From NCBI RefSeq assembly GCF_006345805.1, contig NC_043000.1, positions 30,442,001-30,506,000 of the forward strand: a DNA stretch of 64,000 bases, read 5' to 3'. Position numbers and translations under genes: made by a program. How positions within the stretch are numbered: the stretch's first letter is position 1; every line of letters starts with the position of its first letter. Positions 10,966 to 24,929 of the stretch are shown here, piece by piece. The DNA is from Octopus sinensis (lineage: Eukaryota). The notes under the pieces are model-generated. The model made no database searches. It was not told the DNA's origin and saw nothing but the letters and a program-made list of their open reading frames with translations.

Positions 10966-11810
10966 TGTAAGCTGCCGAACCCTACGGTGCCGCGATTGAA
11001 ACCCTAAGTTGAGCATAGAGGACCCTAGGTTCAAATATATAAGAGAGTTGCATCCGTAGACTACATAGGAAAAAAGATAACTATCGGAGAGAGAAGATAT
11101 ATAAGTATTTATTTGCTGCGGCATTCACCTGGTGTGGGTTGAACTGGCTCCGACCAACGAGTTCACCTCGTTCCTCAACAATGCTGACCACATCCAACGG
11201 TCAGACTACTCATCGAGGTTATAATGGATGCCCACTCCCGGTTCCACTACCGAGCACCATAGACGGGGTGGGGGCTTGACTGTGATTCTACGTTTGCGTT
11301 TACCATCACGACCCACGTATTCAGTTCTCCTCCCGCTCGTTTGCGCCATCCTGGGATGGGAGCCAGGGTGACCGCCTTGCGAGTGAATTCTCCCGGAGGC
11401 TGACGGGAAGTATGGCCAAACCACCTTAGACCTCTTGTGAGTCGAGCTAGCTGCAGAGAATTGATGCAGCAGCGTTGTCGTATTTAGGGGTTCCAATGGG
11501 GAAACATGCAAAATTCAACGTAGGCAGTAGTAGTTGAAGACCTCGAGATTTCGAAGATCTTCAGCACTCACTGGGCATTGTTTGCACTCAAAGAGTAGGA
11601 TGATCCAGATGGACACTTGGAAAATACACAATTTCGTGTGAAGTTGGATATTAAATTAGAGAACCTCAAATAATTGCAATGGGTGAGTGAGCACAATGCG
11701 TACCAGAGAGATATGCGGGAATTTCGCCAAAGGCTAATGTCGTTACACTGAGTCACCTTAGTTTATCTTATCTGATGGCATACAAGGCGCACGGCTATAT
11801 TTTTGACACA
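10966..11810. mobile_element. Possible solo LTR / unclassified GC-richer repeat
   Basis: Sharp compositional block starting TGTAAG and ending ..ACA, with TATA-like motifs. No TSD or coding motif confirmed. Confidence 0.25.
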
Positions 11811-11944
11811 CAGAAACAGAGGTTTTCAGAGCATTTCAAGTTTGGAATACTTTGAATAATCAAGACAGCACGCTGGCAAAATCGTTAGAACGCCGGGCAA
11901 AATATCATTATTATTATTAATATTATTAATATTATTATTATTAT

Positions 11945-13634
11945 TGAGTGAGAGAGCAGTGCATGCCATCAAAGTGACACTGGGGTAAAATATACGAAGC
12001 CCAATATATCCATCATGACTACCTGTCTGATAAGGGTACACCAGGCACATGCATCACAACCATATGTGCGCGACATGGTGATCTCATATCAAGGTAAACA
12101 GCGCATGACCTTGCAGGTGGGGCCCAGTTAGAATTTTCTTCAGGTGGAGTAGCCCATCACGCTCAAAAGGTCCCTGAATAAGGGTTGTTTAAGGATGTTG
12201 AAAGAACCACCCATGTTTCCAGAGGTGAATTATTCAAACACCAAAGAATCCCTCTCAACACATGGCTATGATGATCCACCATTACTTCTGCTCGTGATCA
12301 GACATACACATATCGATCGTCAGCCACTAAGGGACATGCTCACTGGTTAAGGTCAAACAACTGACAACAATCTATGGTATTGAGCAGAATATTTGCGTAG
12401 CCCATCTTTTATACAAGACAAAACAATGTACATGATGACACTTCCAATCATTTAAGATCAGAAGCCATGAGAGCCTGCTGCCTGGTACCATCAGGGCATT
12501 TATTATTATTATTATTGAGTGAGCGAGCAGAGCATGCCATCAGAGTGACCTGGGTTAAAATATACGAAGCCCAGTATACCCATCATGACTACCCGTCTGA
12601 TAAGGTACACCAGGCACATGCATCACAACCATATGTGCGCGACATGGTGATCTCATATCAAGATAAACAGCACATGACCTTGCAGGTGAGCCCAGTTAGA
12701 ATTTTCTTCAGATCGAGTAACCCATCCCGCTCAAAAGGTCCCTGAATAAGGGTTGTTTAAGGACGTTGAACGAAACACCCATGTTTCCAGAGGTGAAATA
12801 TTCAAACCCCAAAGAATCCTTCTCAACACATGGCTATGATGCTCCCCCACTACTTCTGCTCGTGATCAGAGATGCACATATCGTCAGCCACTAAGGGACA
12901 TGGTCAACTGGTTAAGGTCAAAACACTGACAAGCAATCTGTGGTATGAGCAGAATATTTGCTGTAGCCCATCTTTTATACCAAGACAAAACAATATACAT
13001 GATAACACTTCCAATCAGTTAGATCAGAAGCCATGAGAGCCACTGCCTGGTACTGCATCAGGGCATTTATTATTATTATTATTGAGTGAGCGGCAGAGCA
13101 TGCCATCAGAGTGACACTGGGGTAAAATATACGAAGCCCAGTATACCCATCATGACTACCCGTCTGATAAGGGTACACCAGGCACATGCATCACAACCAT
13201 ATGTGCGCGACATGGTGATCTCATATCAAGATACAGCACATGACCTTGCAGGTGGAGCCCAGTTAGAATTTTCTTCAGATCGAGTAACCCATCCCGCTCA
13301 AAAGGTCCCTGAATAAGGGTTGTTTAAGGACGTTGAACGAAAACCCATGTTTCCAGAGGTGAAATATTCAAACCCCAAAGAATCCTTCTCAACACATGGC
13401 TATGATGCTCCCCCACTACTTCTGCTCGTGATCAGAGATGCACATATCGTCAGCCACTAAGGGACATGGTCAACTGGTTAAGGTCAAACAACTGACAAGC
13501 AAATCTGTGGTATTGAGCAGAATATTTGCTGTAGCCCATCTTTTATACCAAGACAACAACAATATACATGATAACACTTCCAATCAGTTAAGATCAGAAG
13601 CCATGAGAGCCACTGCCTGGTACTGCATCAGGCA
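11945..13634 (-). mobile_element. Three tandem copies of a ~550-bp non-coding (TAA)n-associated element
   Basis: Copies at 11945-12498, 12516-13065 and 13083-13634, separated by (TAT)n, all with the same ends, directly 3' of the Dong LINE. Confidence 0.85.
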
Positions 13635-13871
13635 TTTATTATATTATTATTATTCTATGTTTGACTTTTGCTTTATATTTGTACAAGTTGGCTCCAAGTC
13701 TCACCCAGAGACCTCAAGAGACAACAGGGTTGGAAGTTCATGTTGTTGTTATGCCTAGTGTGCCATATATTTGGGGGGTGGGGATGTTGTACTAATGAAT
13801 GTCTAAAAAAAAAATTTTTTTTTTTTTTTTTTTTTTTAAACCGAAAATTATGGTTTTTTTAAACCTTGAGG

Positions 13872-14635
13872 TTACATAGAGAGTATTTTGCGTAGGATAT
13901 GAGCAGTTCCCATGAGCACTATCTTTTGAACTTCTGCCATTTTTGGGTTCCTGGTATCTGAGTTAGGTAGCTATCAGCCCCTTTTGCTATCATTCCCAGG
14001 GCACCTATGACAACAGGTATTGTTTTAGTCTTCAGCTTCCACATTTTGCTGATTTCTATTTCAAGATCTTTATATTTGCTCAGTTTTTGGTAGGTCCTGA
14101 CAGATACGTTTATATCGATTGGGACAGTCATATCAATGAGGAGGCATGTTCTTTGTTTGAAGTCTTTCAATATGATGTCTGGCCTATTTGCATCTATCTT
14201 CCTGTCAGTTTGAATGGTGAAGTTCCAGAGGAGTGAGATGTGGTCATTTTCAAGCACTGGGGGTGGTTTGTGTTCCCACCAGTTTTTTTCATGGGGCAAA
14301 TCCAGGTTTTTACAGATTACCCAGTGAATATATTGTGCAGCTCTATCGTGCCTGTTGAGATACTCTGTAGGCGCTAGAAGACTGCACTTGGAGACCACAT
14401 GGTCAATGGTTTCATTTTGTTGCTTGCATACACGACACGTTGGACTGCTTCTGATCTTTAATATGTTGGCCTGGTAGTTTCTTGTTGGTAGGCATTGATC
14501 TTGAGCTGCTATGATAAACCCCTCTGTTTCAGATTTTAAGCCAGAGGCCATTAGCCATTGATGGGTCAGGGCTTTGTCGATATCTGCATTATTCGCTCTC
14601 TTTGGGTATTTGCCTAGAGAGGTTTTTCTTGCCAT
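13872..14635 (-). pseudogene. Zinc-knuckle + RLE endonuclease segment of the R4/Dong ORF
   Basis: AAQDQCLPTRNY, CCHC knuckle, RHD and PD..D motifs. Confidence 0.9.
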
Positions 14636-15413
14636 TTATTATTCAGAATATCTAAGGCCGCAGTTTTGGCACGGGTTTTCATGCGCCTAGCTTTTTCTGT
14701 GCTTGTTTCTTGTATGTCTATCTCTAATTCCGAAATTGGCTGTATTCGGAATTCACTTAGATATTCCTTTGCTTGTTTTGTGACTGAGTATGATGCTTTC
14801 TTGTTTTCATGTTTTGAGACAAGTTTAACATCCAGTTCTCAGAGTTTTTCAGGTAGGTGTCTAGGCCAATTGTAGCAATCTTCATTGTTATTGCCAGTTG
14901 TAAAAGACAACGGCCTCCCACTTTTTCTTGGCAGATAGAGTCGTTCTGTATCTGCCTTAGGGTGGTGCATTCTATGCATTGTCAACAGTTTCCTTATTAT
15001 TCTGTTGAGCTGACATATTTCAGTAATTGACCTGTTAACAATATTGAAACTGTAAGTCACGACTGGTATAGCTAATGCATTGATCGCTTCGATCCTAATT
15101 CTTGCATTCAGCTCTGTCTTGAGTATTGCTCTCACTCTTCGATAGCATTCTCTCCTGATCCTTTCCTTCATCTCTGAATGCCTTATTCCGTTCCCTTCAA
15201 TTACCCCTAGGTACTTGTAGCTCTCCGCTGGGTCTAGTTCTTTTATGACATTCTGTTGGTCAAGGTTAACGTTAGATGTTTCTGTCATTTTTCCTTTGAT
15301 AAAGGTAGCCTTTGCACATTTATCGAGGCCGAATTGCATTCTGATGTCGTCACTGAATTGTTTGACTATCGCTAGTAAGCCCTTGAGTTGTTGATCATTT
15401 TTTGCAAAAAGCT

Positions 15414-17051
15414 TTAAATCATCCATGTAAACGAGATGATTATATTTTTATCAAACATTTTATACCCGTACTGCGCGTCATTGAGCAGCTTTGAGAGAGG
15501 TATTAAGGATAAACAAAAGAGGAGTGGTGACAGTGAGTCACCCTGGAAAATGCCACACGAAATTTTTACATCACCAGCATTTAGGGATTCACTGTCACTG
15601 TTCAGAGTTAGTGTGGTTCTCCATGATCTCATACTTACAGTCAAGAAGTTTCGCAGAGTTGGTGCTATCTTATACATTTCAAGGCATTTCCTAATCCAGC
15701 TATGTGGTAGGCTATCAAAAGCCTTTTTATAGTCTATCCAGGCTATTGATAAGTTTTTGTGTCGTTTGTGACAATCTTCTAAGATCATCTTATTGATGAG
15801 TAGTTGGTCTTTACAGCCGTAGGATCCACGTTTACATCCTTTCTGTTCATTAGGGAATATGCTGCTGTCTGTTAAAAAACTATAGGTATATTCCGTCAGG
15901 ACAGATGTTAGAGTTTTGTACATAGTTGTTAAGCAGGTTATGGGTCTATAGTTTTTTGGTTCATTGTTTTCTTCACTTTTTGGAAGCAGGAATGTTAACC
16001 CATTAACTAGCCAAGGAGGCATCCTACTAGGGTGTTGCAGAACATCATTGTACAGTTCTGTTAGCAGTTCATGGCTCTCTGGGAAGGCATTCAGCCAGAA
16101 GTTAGGAATTTTATCCTTTCCTGGAGACTTCCATTTGCTTGACCTCCTGAGAGCAGATCTTATATCTTCTACCTTGACACCCTCCCACTTTTGCTCTTCT
16201 AAGGGGTCCAGTTCTGTAGATATTCTGTCAATCCAGGGGGCCTTTTCGTTGTGTGTTTTTTCTTCTGCCCAGATTTTATTCCAAAATCTCTGCACTTCTT
16301 CTTTTGATGGTACAGACCCTGCAGTAAACGCTGTTTTTCCTATCTTCCTGTAAAAATTCTTGGTGTTATTTTTGAACATGTTGTTGTCCTTGAAAAATCT
16401 AACACGCTTTTCATACCTCGCTATGCGGGTAGCTTTGGCAGATACCTTTTGTTTGATGGTTTCTATGGTGGCATCAATATCAAGTATAGTTTTCATATTG
16501 TATTTTTTCAGTAATTTTGGGGTTTTTGTAGGTTTGGTAGTCTTGTGAGCCTTAAGGTTTTTCAAATATTCAATGTCAGATCTAAATACTTTAATTTGTT
16601 GTTGCAGACGCTCTTGCCAAGAAGGCTTTTTGTGGGACTGTTGCCGTTTTCTAATCTTTACACCACATAGGATCGTTGAGATTTTCGCGGATGCATAGTA
16701 TAGGTGGTTGAGGTTTGTGATATCAACATCATTAACTGAAATTATATCCTTAAGTGCAAGCCGGATTTTACCAATTATTTTCATGTTTTGGTTAGAGTTG
16801 CGGATTTTAGGAAGTGTATCACGCTCATCCATGCTGGTTTCTTTAATTTTCAGCCATTCAATCATGATTTGATTTTTTAGCTCATGTAGTTCTGTTGGGT
16901 CAATATTTGTGTGACTTTCTTTATCTATTTGATGCTCATCTGTCTTAGTGTTTATGATTGGTTCAGGGCGTATTTCACTTTGCCTATCACTTATACTAAC
17001 TCTTTCAATCCTCTCTTCGTTTTTATCCGCCCTGGGCTGGTCTATAATCAT
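15414..17051 (-). pseudogene. Reverse transcriptase segment of the R4/Dong ORF
   Basis: 545-aa ORF with RT motifs 0-4; frameshift just before YMDD. Confidence 0.9.
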
Positions 17052-18599
17052 TTCTCTGTATTATCTTCTCTAGCTGCAGCTTCGTTCGTTATTTTATCCG
17101 ATATTGCTTGTCTAACCTGATCAATCTCTACTTCAGTCAGTAATTTCTTTTATAATGTTTCTTCTAACATTGGCAAGCTTGTTACTGTCTATGTAGGGTC
17201 TTACTTCAGGGTGTTTCTGTCTCCAGTTTAAGTATGCTTGTACAGTGCTAGACTCCTGTGGGGAAATATATGGCATGGTAGAAGGCCTCGAGAACTTCTT
17301 TATTATCTTCCCTAGACCATTTTTCCTTCTTTTTCTTTTGATTATTTGGTGATGAGCATGGATGGCCATCTGTTGGAATATTCCGGTTGTGGGGTTCGTC
17401 CAGCTCCTGTGTGTTGGGAAGATTTGATCCAGTAACTGATTTTTCAATCAGGATTTGGTTCAATTTTCGGGTACGTGGTCTTTTGTAATCCGCGCAATGA
17501 CCAATGCGGTTTATTGTTTGATTTGTTGACCTTGAAGCATGACGAGCATCCATTCTTATATTAGGAGATGGATCTGTCAGTTTAGGGTTCACTACATGTA
17601 AGCATTGCTCATAGCGCCGCTTCTTAAGACTAGCAGATCTATATTCGTCTGTATTTTTTTTTGTTGATAGTTTTATCTCCGGACTTTTTTTTTTTCCTTT
17701 CCTCCTTTCCTCCTCTTCCTTTCTTCAAGGCTTACTGTGTCTGTATTAGTTCGAAATAATGAGAATAAAATACGGAGAAGGAAACGAAAAGAAAGGGAAA
17801 AAGACGGGATCTGTCAGTTATTATGTTATTACTATCATCTTCCCACCATCACCATCATCAGCAACATCACCATCACCATCATCATCTTCAATGTGTAGCC
17901 ACAGCCACCATCAACACTCCATTGTGTTGGAGAATGGGTGGTTAAAGAATTCATGTTCTTTGGGTCTATAAATAGCCACGGTAGATGGTGGAGACAAAGG
18001 ACGTTAATGGTCAGTAAAAGGTCAAACCTGTTTACGTTTATTTATTATTTATTTTTTTTTTTTCCCCGTTCTCTTTTCTTCTTCACCACATGCATATGTA
18101 TATGTATATATATGTATATTCACTCACACATATTATCTGATGTTTTCGTCGAAGATTTTTTTTTTTTTTTTTTAAATAACTTTCTGAGTTCAATGTTATG
18201 TATATATTTTTAAATTTCTGAATTCAGTTGTATGTATATAGTAGTAGGTGCTTAATTCCATAACTTTTTATCGTGCATTTAATTGTGTTGTTACAATAAA
18301 AGGTAATTTAAGGCAATTTTACACATTCTTATAGTCATGAGAGACGACTAAATGTAAATGTTCACACAGAATTGGAGATATTTATGTTTCTAATTTTTCT
18401 TGTTAGGTGTACGTTTGTATGAGCTGTAGATATGTAAGTTTTTTTTTTTTTTTACTTATTTTGAGGGTAATTCAAATTACTTACAGAAAACAGTAGATCT
18501 TCCAGTTTTCTACAGTTGACCTGCTGGGTTCGCTGTTGCCAGTTCAGAGCATCGTAAAAATACGTCCATCTCTGTCACGTCCAGCCGCCTTCTTCTTCT

Positions 18600-18601
18600 T
18601 C

Positions 18602-18642
<41 letters not shown>

Positions 18643-18654
18643 GATTATATATTA

Positions 18655-18703
<49 letters not shown>

Positions 18704-18896
18704 TATTCTATTATTATTATTATTATTATATTATTGTTATTATTATTGTTATATTATTGTTATTATATTATATTATTATTTTATTATTATTATTATTATT
18801 ATTATTATACATTATTATTATTATTATTAATAATATTATTATATTATTATTATTGTTATTGTTATTATTATTGTTATTATTATTGTATTATTATTA

Positions 18897-18938
<42 letters not shown>

Positions 18939-18957
18939 GTTATTATTATTATTATTG
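18600..18957. repeat. (TAT)n microsatellite
   Basis: Imperfect trinucleotide array. Similar arrays at 1430-1510, 19850-19936, 20505-20575, 22325-22805, 29730-29897 and 31255-31387. Confidence 0.95.
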
Positions 18958-19110
18958 CCGTTGCACAGCTTCTAACGCTGCAGATGTACTACAGTGTCAG
19001 CTGTTCACTACCAGTGAACTAAGGTAACACCTCTTATTTTTCGAGCACCTTCCGGAGATTTCGAGCGGTTCCAAGCAGTGCTGTTTTCTGCAGGTGCGCC
19101 ACCCTTATTA
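18957..19110 (-). mobile_element. 3' fragment of a second R4/Dong-type LINE family
   Basis: Minus strand encodes HLQKTALLGTARNLRKVLEK*, the same C-terminal motif as 13872-13930, and ends in (TAA)n. Confidence 0.7.
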
Positions 19111-19865
19111 CTACTACTATAGTTACCCCACAACAGGCGCTTCCTTAATGAATTCATATGTTGCACGTCAAGAGAGCAAGTTTTGTTTTGAGGTTGCTGG
19201 CTCGAAGCTTTTGCTAGCCACAGATTAAGTTGGTGACTGGGATTGTTCGGTATCCTTAAGTCTGAATCGACAAATGTTTTTCCCCTCAAGGGTCATGTTA
19301 ATCATTTCTGGCAGTACAATTAGTTTTTCGATGTTGCTAATGTTTGGTCAGATCCAGTAGATTCAACTGCCATTGTTTACCGTGTGCTCTTAGTCATGTC
19401 ATATCAACCACTTTCCCTATTTTGCGTATTGCTTTCGTCGGAAACATGAATGTCCTCCGTTGTGTTGAAATCTGGTGATATTATCTAGAAACATAATGGT
19501 CCTTTTGTTTAGTTCGTTAACGAGTTCCTTCTATTGTTCGGTTTGATGCTTAGTGCTTCCCTGTTTCCTAATGTTCCGTTCGAATCCTAGGAAGCATCCT
19601 TTGAGCATATGTTTGCATTGTTAAAAATTGATAAACGTCCTTTAGTTGCACATTAGTTACTTCCAAATTTAATGCTATATCCCTTGAAGAAATAAACGCA
19701 TATACAAGGACCCACGGTAATATCCATAAATATTACAAATTATATTGCATTCTTCCTATGGATACGGATAATAGTCACAAAAATACAGGCAACTTTTGGG
19801 AACACGCGTAGCGATGCATTAAAATATTTATGAAATTCCATCCTCAGATTATTATACTACTACTA

Positions 19866-19936
<71 letters not shown>

Positions 19937-19937
<1 letters not shown>

Positions 19938-20489
19938 GAGTGAGAGAGCAGTGCATGCCATCAAAGTGACACTAGGGTAAAATACGTGAAGCCCACAATA
20001 CCCATCATGACTAGCCCTCTGATAACGGTACACCAGGCACATGCATCACAACCATATGTGCATGATATGGTGATCTCATATCAAGAAAAACAACACATGA
20101 CTTTGCAGGTGGGGCCAAGTTAGAATTTTCTTTTGGTCGAGTTGCCCATCCCGCCCAAAAGGTTCCTGAATAAGGATTGTTTAATGATGTTGAACGAACC
20201 ACCCATGTTTCCAAAGGCAAAATATCCAAACCTCCAAGAATTCCTTTCAACACACGGCTATGATGCTCCCCCAGTACTTCTGCTCATAATCAGAGATGCA
20301 CTTATCGTCAGCCACTAAGGGACATGCTCAACTGGTTAAGGTCAAACAACTGACAAGCAAATCTGTGGTACTGAGCAGAATATTTTCTGTAGTCCATCTT
20401 TTATACCAAGACAAAACAATGTACATAACACTTCCAATCAGTTAAGATCAGAAGCCATGAGAGCCGCTGTCTAGAACTGCATCAGGACA
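19937..20489 (-). mobile_element. ~550-bp (TAA)n-associated element, single copy
   Basis: Homologous end-to-end to 11945-12498 and flanked by (TAT)n. Confidence 0.85.
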
Positions 20490-20502
20490 TTTATCATCAT
20501 CA

Positions 20503-20578
<76 letters not shown>

Positions 20579-20989
20579 ATTTATCTCACGTTATATTGGC
20601 ACATCTCGGTACGATCCCATAAAACCGCTGTAACTGACATAATAACGTTGGAGCTTCTATGTGCGCACTGGAAAACGTTTCCCGTAAACCAGCTTAGAGG
20701 ATAAATGTTTGTGTGTATGTATGCGTGTGTGTGCGCGTGCAAACGCACGTGTGTGCATTTTCAAGAGAATTTATAAGCAAGTCTTGTCATAACATTAGGA
20801 ACTACACATCCACATTAGGAACCACACGAAGCCGAGTGGGCTCTCGAGGGTGAAGACGTTAGTTTTTTCCCTCCTGGGGAACCCAAATTAAAATTTAAAC
20901 AAAATATATAAACTGAACGATTTATGTCACTAGTGTTCTTTTGATTTCGACCCAACACGGTAATTATTAAAATAGTGAAAATTTACAAA

Positions 20990-21180
20990 AAAGAAATGAG
21001 AAGACGGGTGTGTAAACAACAAACAGATGTATTAATTAACGCTCGGTAAGTGAGAAAGTCTTTTACATTTCGAGCCTACGCTCTTCAACAGAAAGGAACA
21101 CAGAAATAAACAGGGAGAAAAAATAGAAAATAGAAAAAATAGAAAAAGGTATAGAGGCTAGCGATCTATTATGGCGAATG
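20990..21180 (-). mobile_element. PLE-like terminal repeat relic with degenerate minimal hammerhead (21060-21095)
   Basis: Homologous to 44835-44990; CUUU-CUGUUGA-A-GAGC GUAG GCUC-GAAA-UG-UA-AAAG. Confidence 0.5.
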
Positions 21181-21674
21181 ATTAAAATACCTGCCTTCTT
21201 GACAGTTCCAATAGTTTTTCAGACATAGTTTACATAGAAAAACACTATCAGATCTATTTGAAAGAGACATTGCCGTTATTTCTTATAGATAAATCCCACC
21301 CAAAATACTCTTCCTTGACGTCTGTCAAAATAATACCTAAATAGTTTTAGAAATGGCGTAAAATATTCATCGCTAGAAATTTAATCTGTCCGCCATATAA
21401 ATCTCACATTTATTATGGCTTCACTCCATCCTACGTTTATAATTAAATGTCTGCGCACTGATCATCGTCGTGATCACCGTCATTGTCGACTTTCTAGTCT
21501 TCGTCGTCGTCGTCGTTGTCCTCATTATCACCGTAATCATACCATCATCGCTTTAATTAACCTCATCGTTAACTTGATCAACACTACCACCGCCATCATT
21601 AGCATCATCCTTCTCTTTCTTTTCCATAATTTTCATCATCATGCTATTATAATTCAGTAATATTGAAGGAAACC

Positions 21675-21944
21675 TTCTTCTTTTCTTCTTCTTCTTCTTC
21701 TTCTTCTTCTTCTTCTTCTTCTCTTATTTCTTCTTCTTCTTCTTCTTCTTCTGCTTCTGCTTCTTCTTCTTTTTCTTCTGCTTCTTCTTCTGCTTCTGCT
21801 TCTTCTTTTTTTTTCATCTTCTTCTTCTTCTTCTTCTTCTTCTTTTTCATCATCTTCTTCTTTCTTCTTCTTCTTCTTCTTCTTCTTCTTCTTCTTCTTC
21901 TTCTTTTTCATCATCATCTTCTTCTTCTTCTTCTTCTTCTTCTT
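21675..21944. repeat. (TTC)n microsatellite
   Basis: Imperfect CTT array; source of the poly-E/K/S/L ORFs. Confidence 0.95.
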
Positions 21945-22192
21945 CCGGGTTCAGTCCCACAGTTCCCGGTTCAGTCCCACTGTGTGGAACCTTGGGCAAG
22001 TGTCTCCTACTCTAGCCACGGGCCGACCAAAGCCTTGTGAGTGGATTTGGTAGACGGAAACTGAAAGAAGCCTGTCGTATATATGTATTTATATATATAT
22101 ATATATATGTATGTGTGTATATGTTCGTGTGTCTGTGTTTGTCCCACCAACATCGCTTGACATCCGATGCTGGTATGTTTACGTCCCCGTAA
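21944..22192 (+). mobile_element. SINE family C, 5'-truncated
   Basis: GGTTCAGTCCCACTG..CCTTGGGCAAGTGTCT..GACGGAAACTGAAAGAAGCC. Confidence 0.8.
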
Positions 22193-22194
22193 AC

Positions 22195-22326
22195 GGGTAA
22201 AGAGTTAAAAGAGCTTCTAACGCTGGAGATTTACTATGGTGCCAGCTGTTCACTACTAGTGAACGAAGATAACAACCCCATATTTTTCGAGCACCATCTG
22301 GAGTATTCTTGCGGTTCCAAGCAGTA
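22195..22326 (-). mobile_element. 3' fragment of R4/Dong-type LINE (same family as 18957-19110)
   Basis: Encodes LLGTARILQMVLEK; nucleotide homology to 18965-19080. Confidence 0.65.
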
Positions 22327-22344
22327 TTATTATCATCATCATCA

Positions 22345-22394
<50 letters not shown>

Positions 22395-22714
22395 GTATTA
22401 GTAGTAGTAGTTGTAGTAGTAGTAGTAGCAGCAGCAGCGGTAGTTGTAAGAGAGTTGACTTTTTTGTTATTACGAATAATAGGAACAGCCATATGTAACA
22501 ATATTAATAATAGTAATGGCGATGGTGATGATGATGACTATGAGGCCGATGGTACGATGACTATGAAGAAGGTGATAATGATGATGATGATGTTGAGATG
22601 ATGATGATGAAAATTATAATAATAATAATTATAATAATAATAATAATGATAATAATAATAATAATAATAATGACGTTAACAATAATATTAATAATATTAA
22701 TAATAATAATAATG

Positions 22715-22749
<35 letters not shown>

Positions 22750-23326
22750 TATAACAACAACAACAACAATAACAATAACAATAATATTAATAATAATAAT
22801 AATGATAGCTGTGAGAACAGCACCAACAACACCTACACTAGCAATGATACTACCAATGATTATTATTGATATTAATGCTTCTAATTTCAAAATTACTTTT
22901 GACACTAATGTGCAATTCGTCGCATTTAGAGCATTCTCATGTCAAATTTCACAGCTGCTTTATGACTTCTTGTTCCACACAAGACAATACCTGTCACTGT
23001 TTCTATAATCATATACAATAATTTAACGCCTATTAAAAATACGGTAGTTGTGTTCTAATCTTTATCTCTATCTCTGTTTCTGCCTAGATTTACGCTGGAG
23101 ATATATCGCCCCCGAACATCGACATAGATGAATAGAAATAAAAAAATTAAACGAAATAAAAATAAGCCGTAATAATAAAAAAAGGTCAATTTCTGTATGT
23201 CACTGCATGTGTGTTTGTGTGTCATATGCATATATGTATGTATGTGTGTACCTATGAGTATACACACACATACACACACACATAGTTATATATATGCACA
23301 CACACACATACACACACACACATATA

Positions 23327-23373
<47 letters not shown>

Positions 23374-23478
23374 ACATATGTATATGCGCATATGCATATA
23401 AACACATACGTATATATAACTATAAATATATATATATATTCATACATATACATACATACACATATATGAATATATATG

Positions 23479-23533
<55 letters not shown>

Positions 23534-23604
23534 TATGTATGTATATATATATGCATGGATACACACCACATATTTGTGTATCTCTCTCTCTCTCTCTCTC
23601 TCTA

Positions 23605-23638
<34 letters not shown>

Positions 23639-24929
23639 GTCATATATTGAAGTATATTTTTGTGAGTGTGTATCATAGCATACATACATGTATTTGTGTG
23701 TGTATGTGTATGCTTGTATGAATGAAGAAGACAAATATCGAGTGGGAGAGATAGTGAGAGAGAGAAAGAGAGAGAAAAAGAGTGAGATCTAGAGGTGGTG
23801 AGAGATAGAGAGAGTCGCAACGTAGATATATCTGTATGTAAAATATTTTGAATCGAGTGAATTTTATGAAGCTAATATCGATTGATGTTGATAGGGAATG
23901 AAATGTTGTATCATGTAGAAAATATCCAACCACTATAATTAAATCCTCCTTACTGTCCGCATAATTCAACAAGCGTCATTGAAATTCTCCTCTGTTTTAC
24001 AACAGTAAACAGGAAAACACAGTGAGAAGTAATGTATGATATTTAAAGGCAACGGTGCGTGGGAAATTTCTTTCGATTTTCACCGTTAATCCATGCAAGG
24101 TTCACTAGAAATAAGCATTCTTGTTAAAATCCATTATAGATGACATTCTTATACTTTTCTGTGTTCTACATTGTGTAAAATTATCTTGGATTATTACAAA
24201 CGGAGTAGTTGTATCGCGTTGTATTGGAGGATTGCAATGTGTTCCGCTTCAGTGAATAAGAAAATTATATCTATTTAAGTAGTGTGGTAAAATATTCAAT
24301 ATATTTTCAATATACTTCCACGCAAATCTTCAGACGCGAATGGATATTTATATTTGCAGTTAGCTGCACTGTTATAGAATGCAGCCATATTGATTAGTAT
24401 TCTTAGACCGGTTATCTTTGTTCAAACATTGGAGAAATAGATTTGCTAGGTGACTCATATTCTGCCTTTCCGTTGTCAGCTTCTCAGGTATCGAAACTGT
24501 TTGAAATTAACGAAGATATCGAAATATTATTGGAAATTATCGTACGGGGAGATAATCATCTTAAAACAGATACCGAAATGGAGTAAGACTGGATAGGAGA
24601 TAGAAGAAATGTAGCCCCTTTAATTGTGGTATAAAAGCACCAACACAAGAATATGGATAATAAATATTTACGGCTTGAAAGGATTTTCTTACCATGAATA
24701 CCATTTTTTAATCATTCCATTATATTCCTTGGATTAAGAAACCACTTTTGAAACAGAGAATATGTAAAATTCTATTGATGTTCTTTAATTTCTATTTGTC
24801 TGAAATTTGTCTGATATTCAACTAAATCCCAACAATTTCAGTGCAGCTTTTCAGTAGCTTTTTTTTTTTCAAATAAAATAAATCACTACCATTTGTTTTG
24901 TATTCTGTTGTGTCTGATGCAATATATAA

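Larger units (their letters stand above)
13655..17690 (-). mobile_element. R4/Dong-clade non-LTR retrotransposon (RT + restriction-like endonuclease), near full length, frameshifted
   Basis: ORF pieces 17592-17133, 17051-15414, 15426-14839, 14635-13919, C-terminus VQKIVLMGTAHILRKILSM* at ~13872. RT motifs NYRPITCL, QKG, DYKKAFDS, GIFQGDSLSP, (Y)MDDLK; CCHC knuckle CRVC..ETIDHVVSKC; RLE RHD..RPDI..D..KLSKY. The 3' end runs into (TAA)n. 5' boundary approximate. Confidence 0.92.

Noticed and set aside
11945-13634. CRISPR-like or satellite interpretation of the regular arrays
   Set aside because: Units are 550-560 bp interspersed elements with no repeat-spacer structure, in a eukaryotic context with no cas genes.
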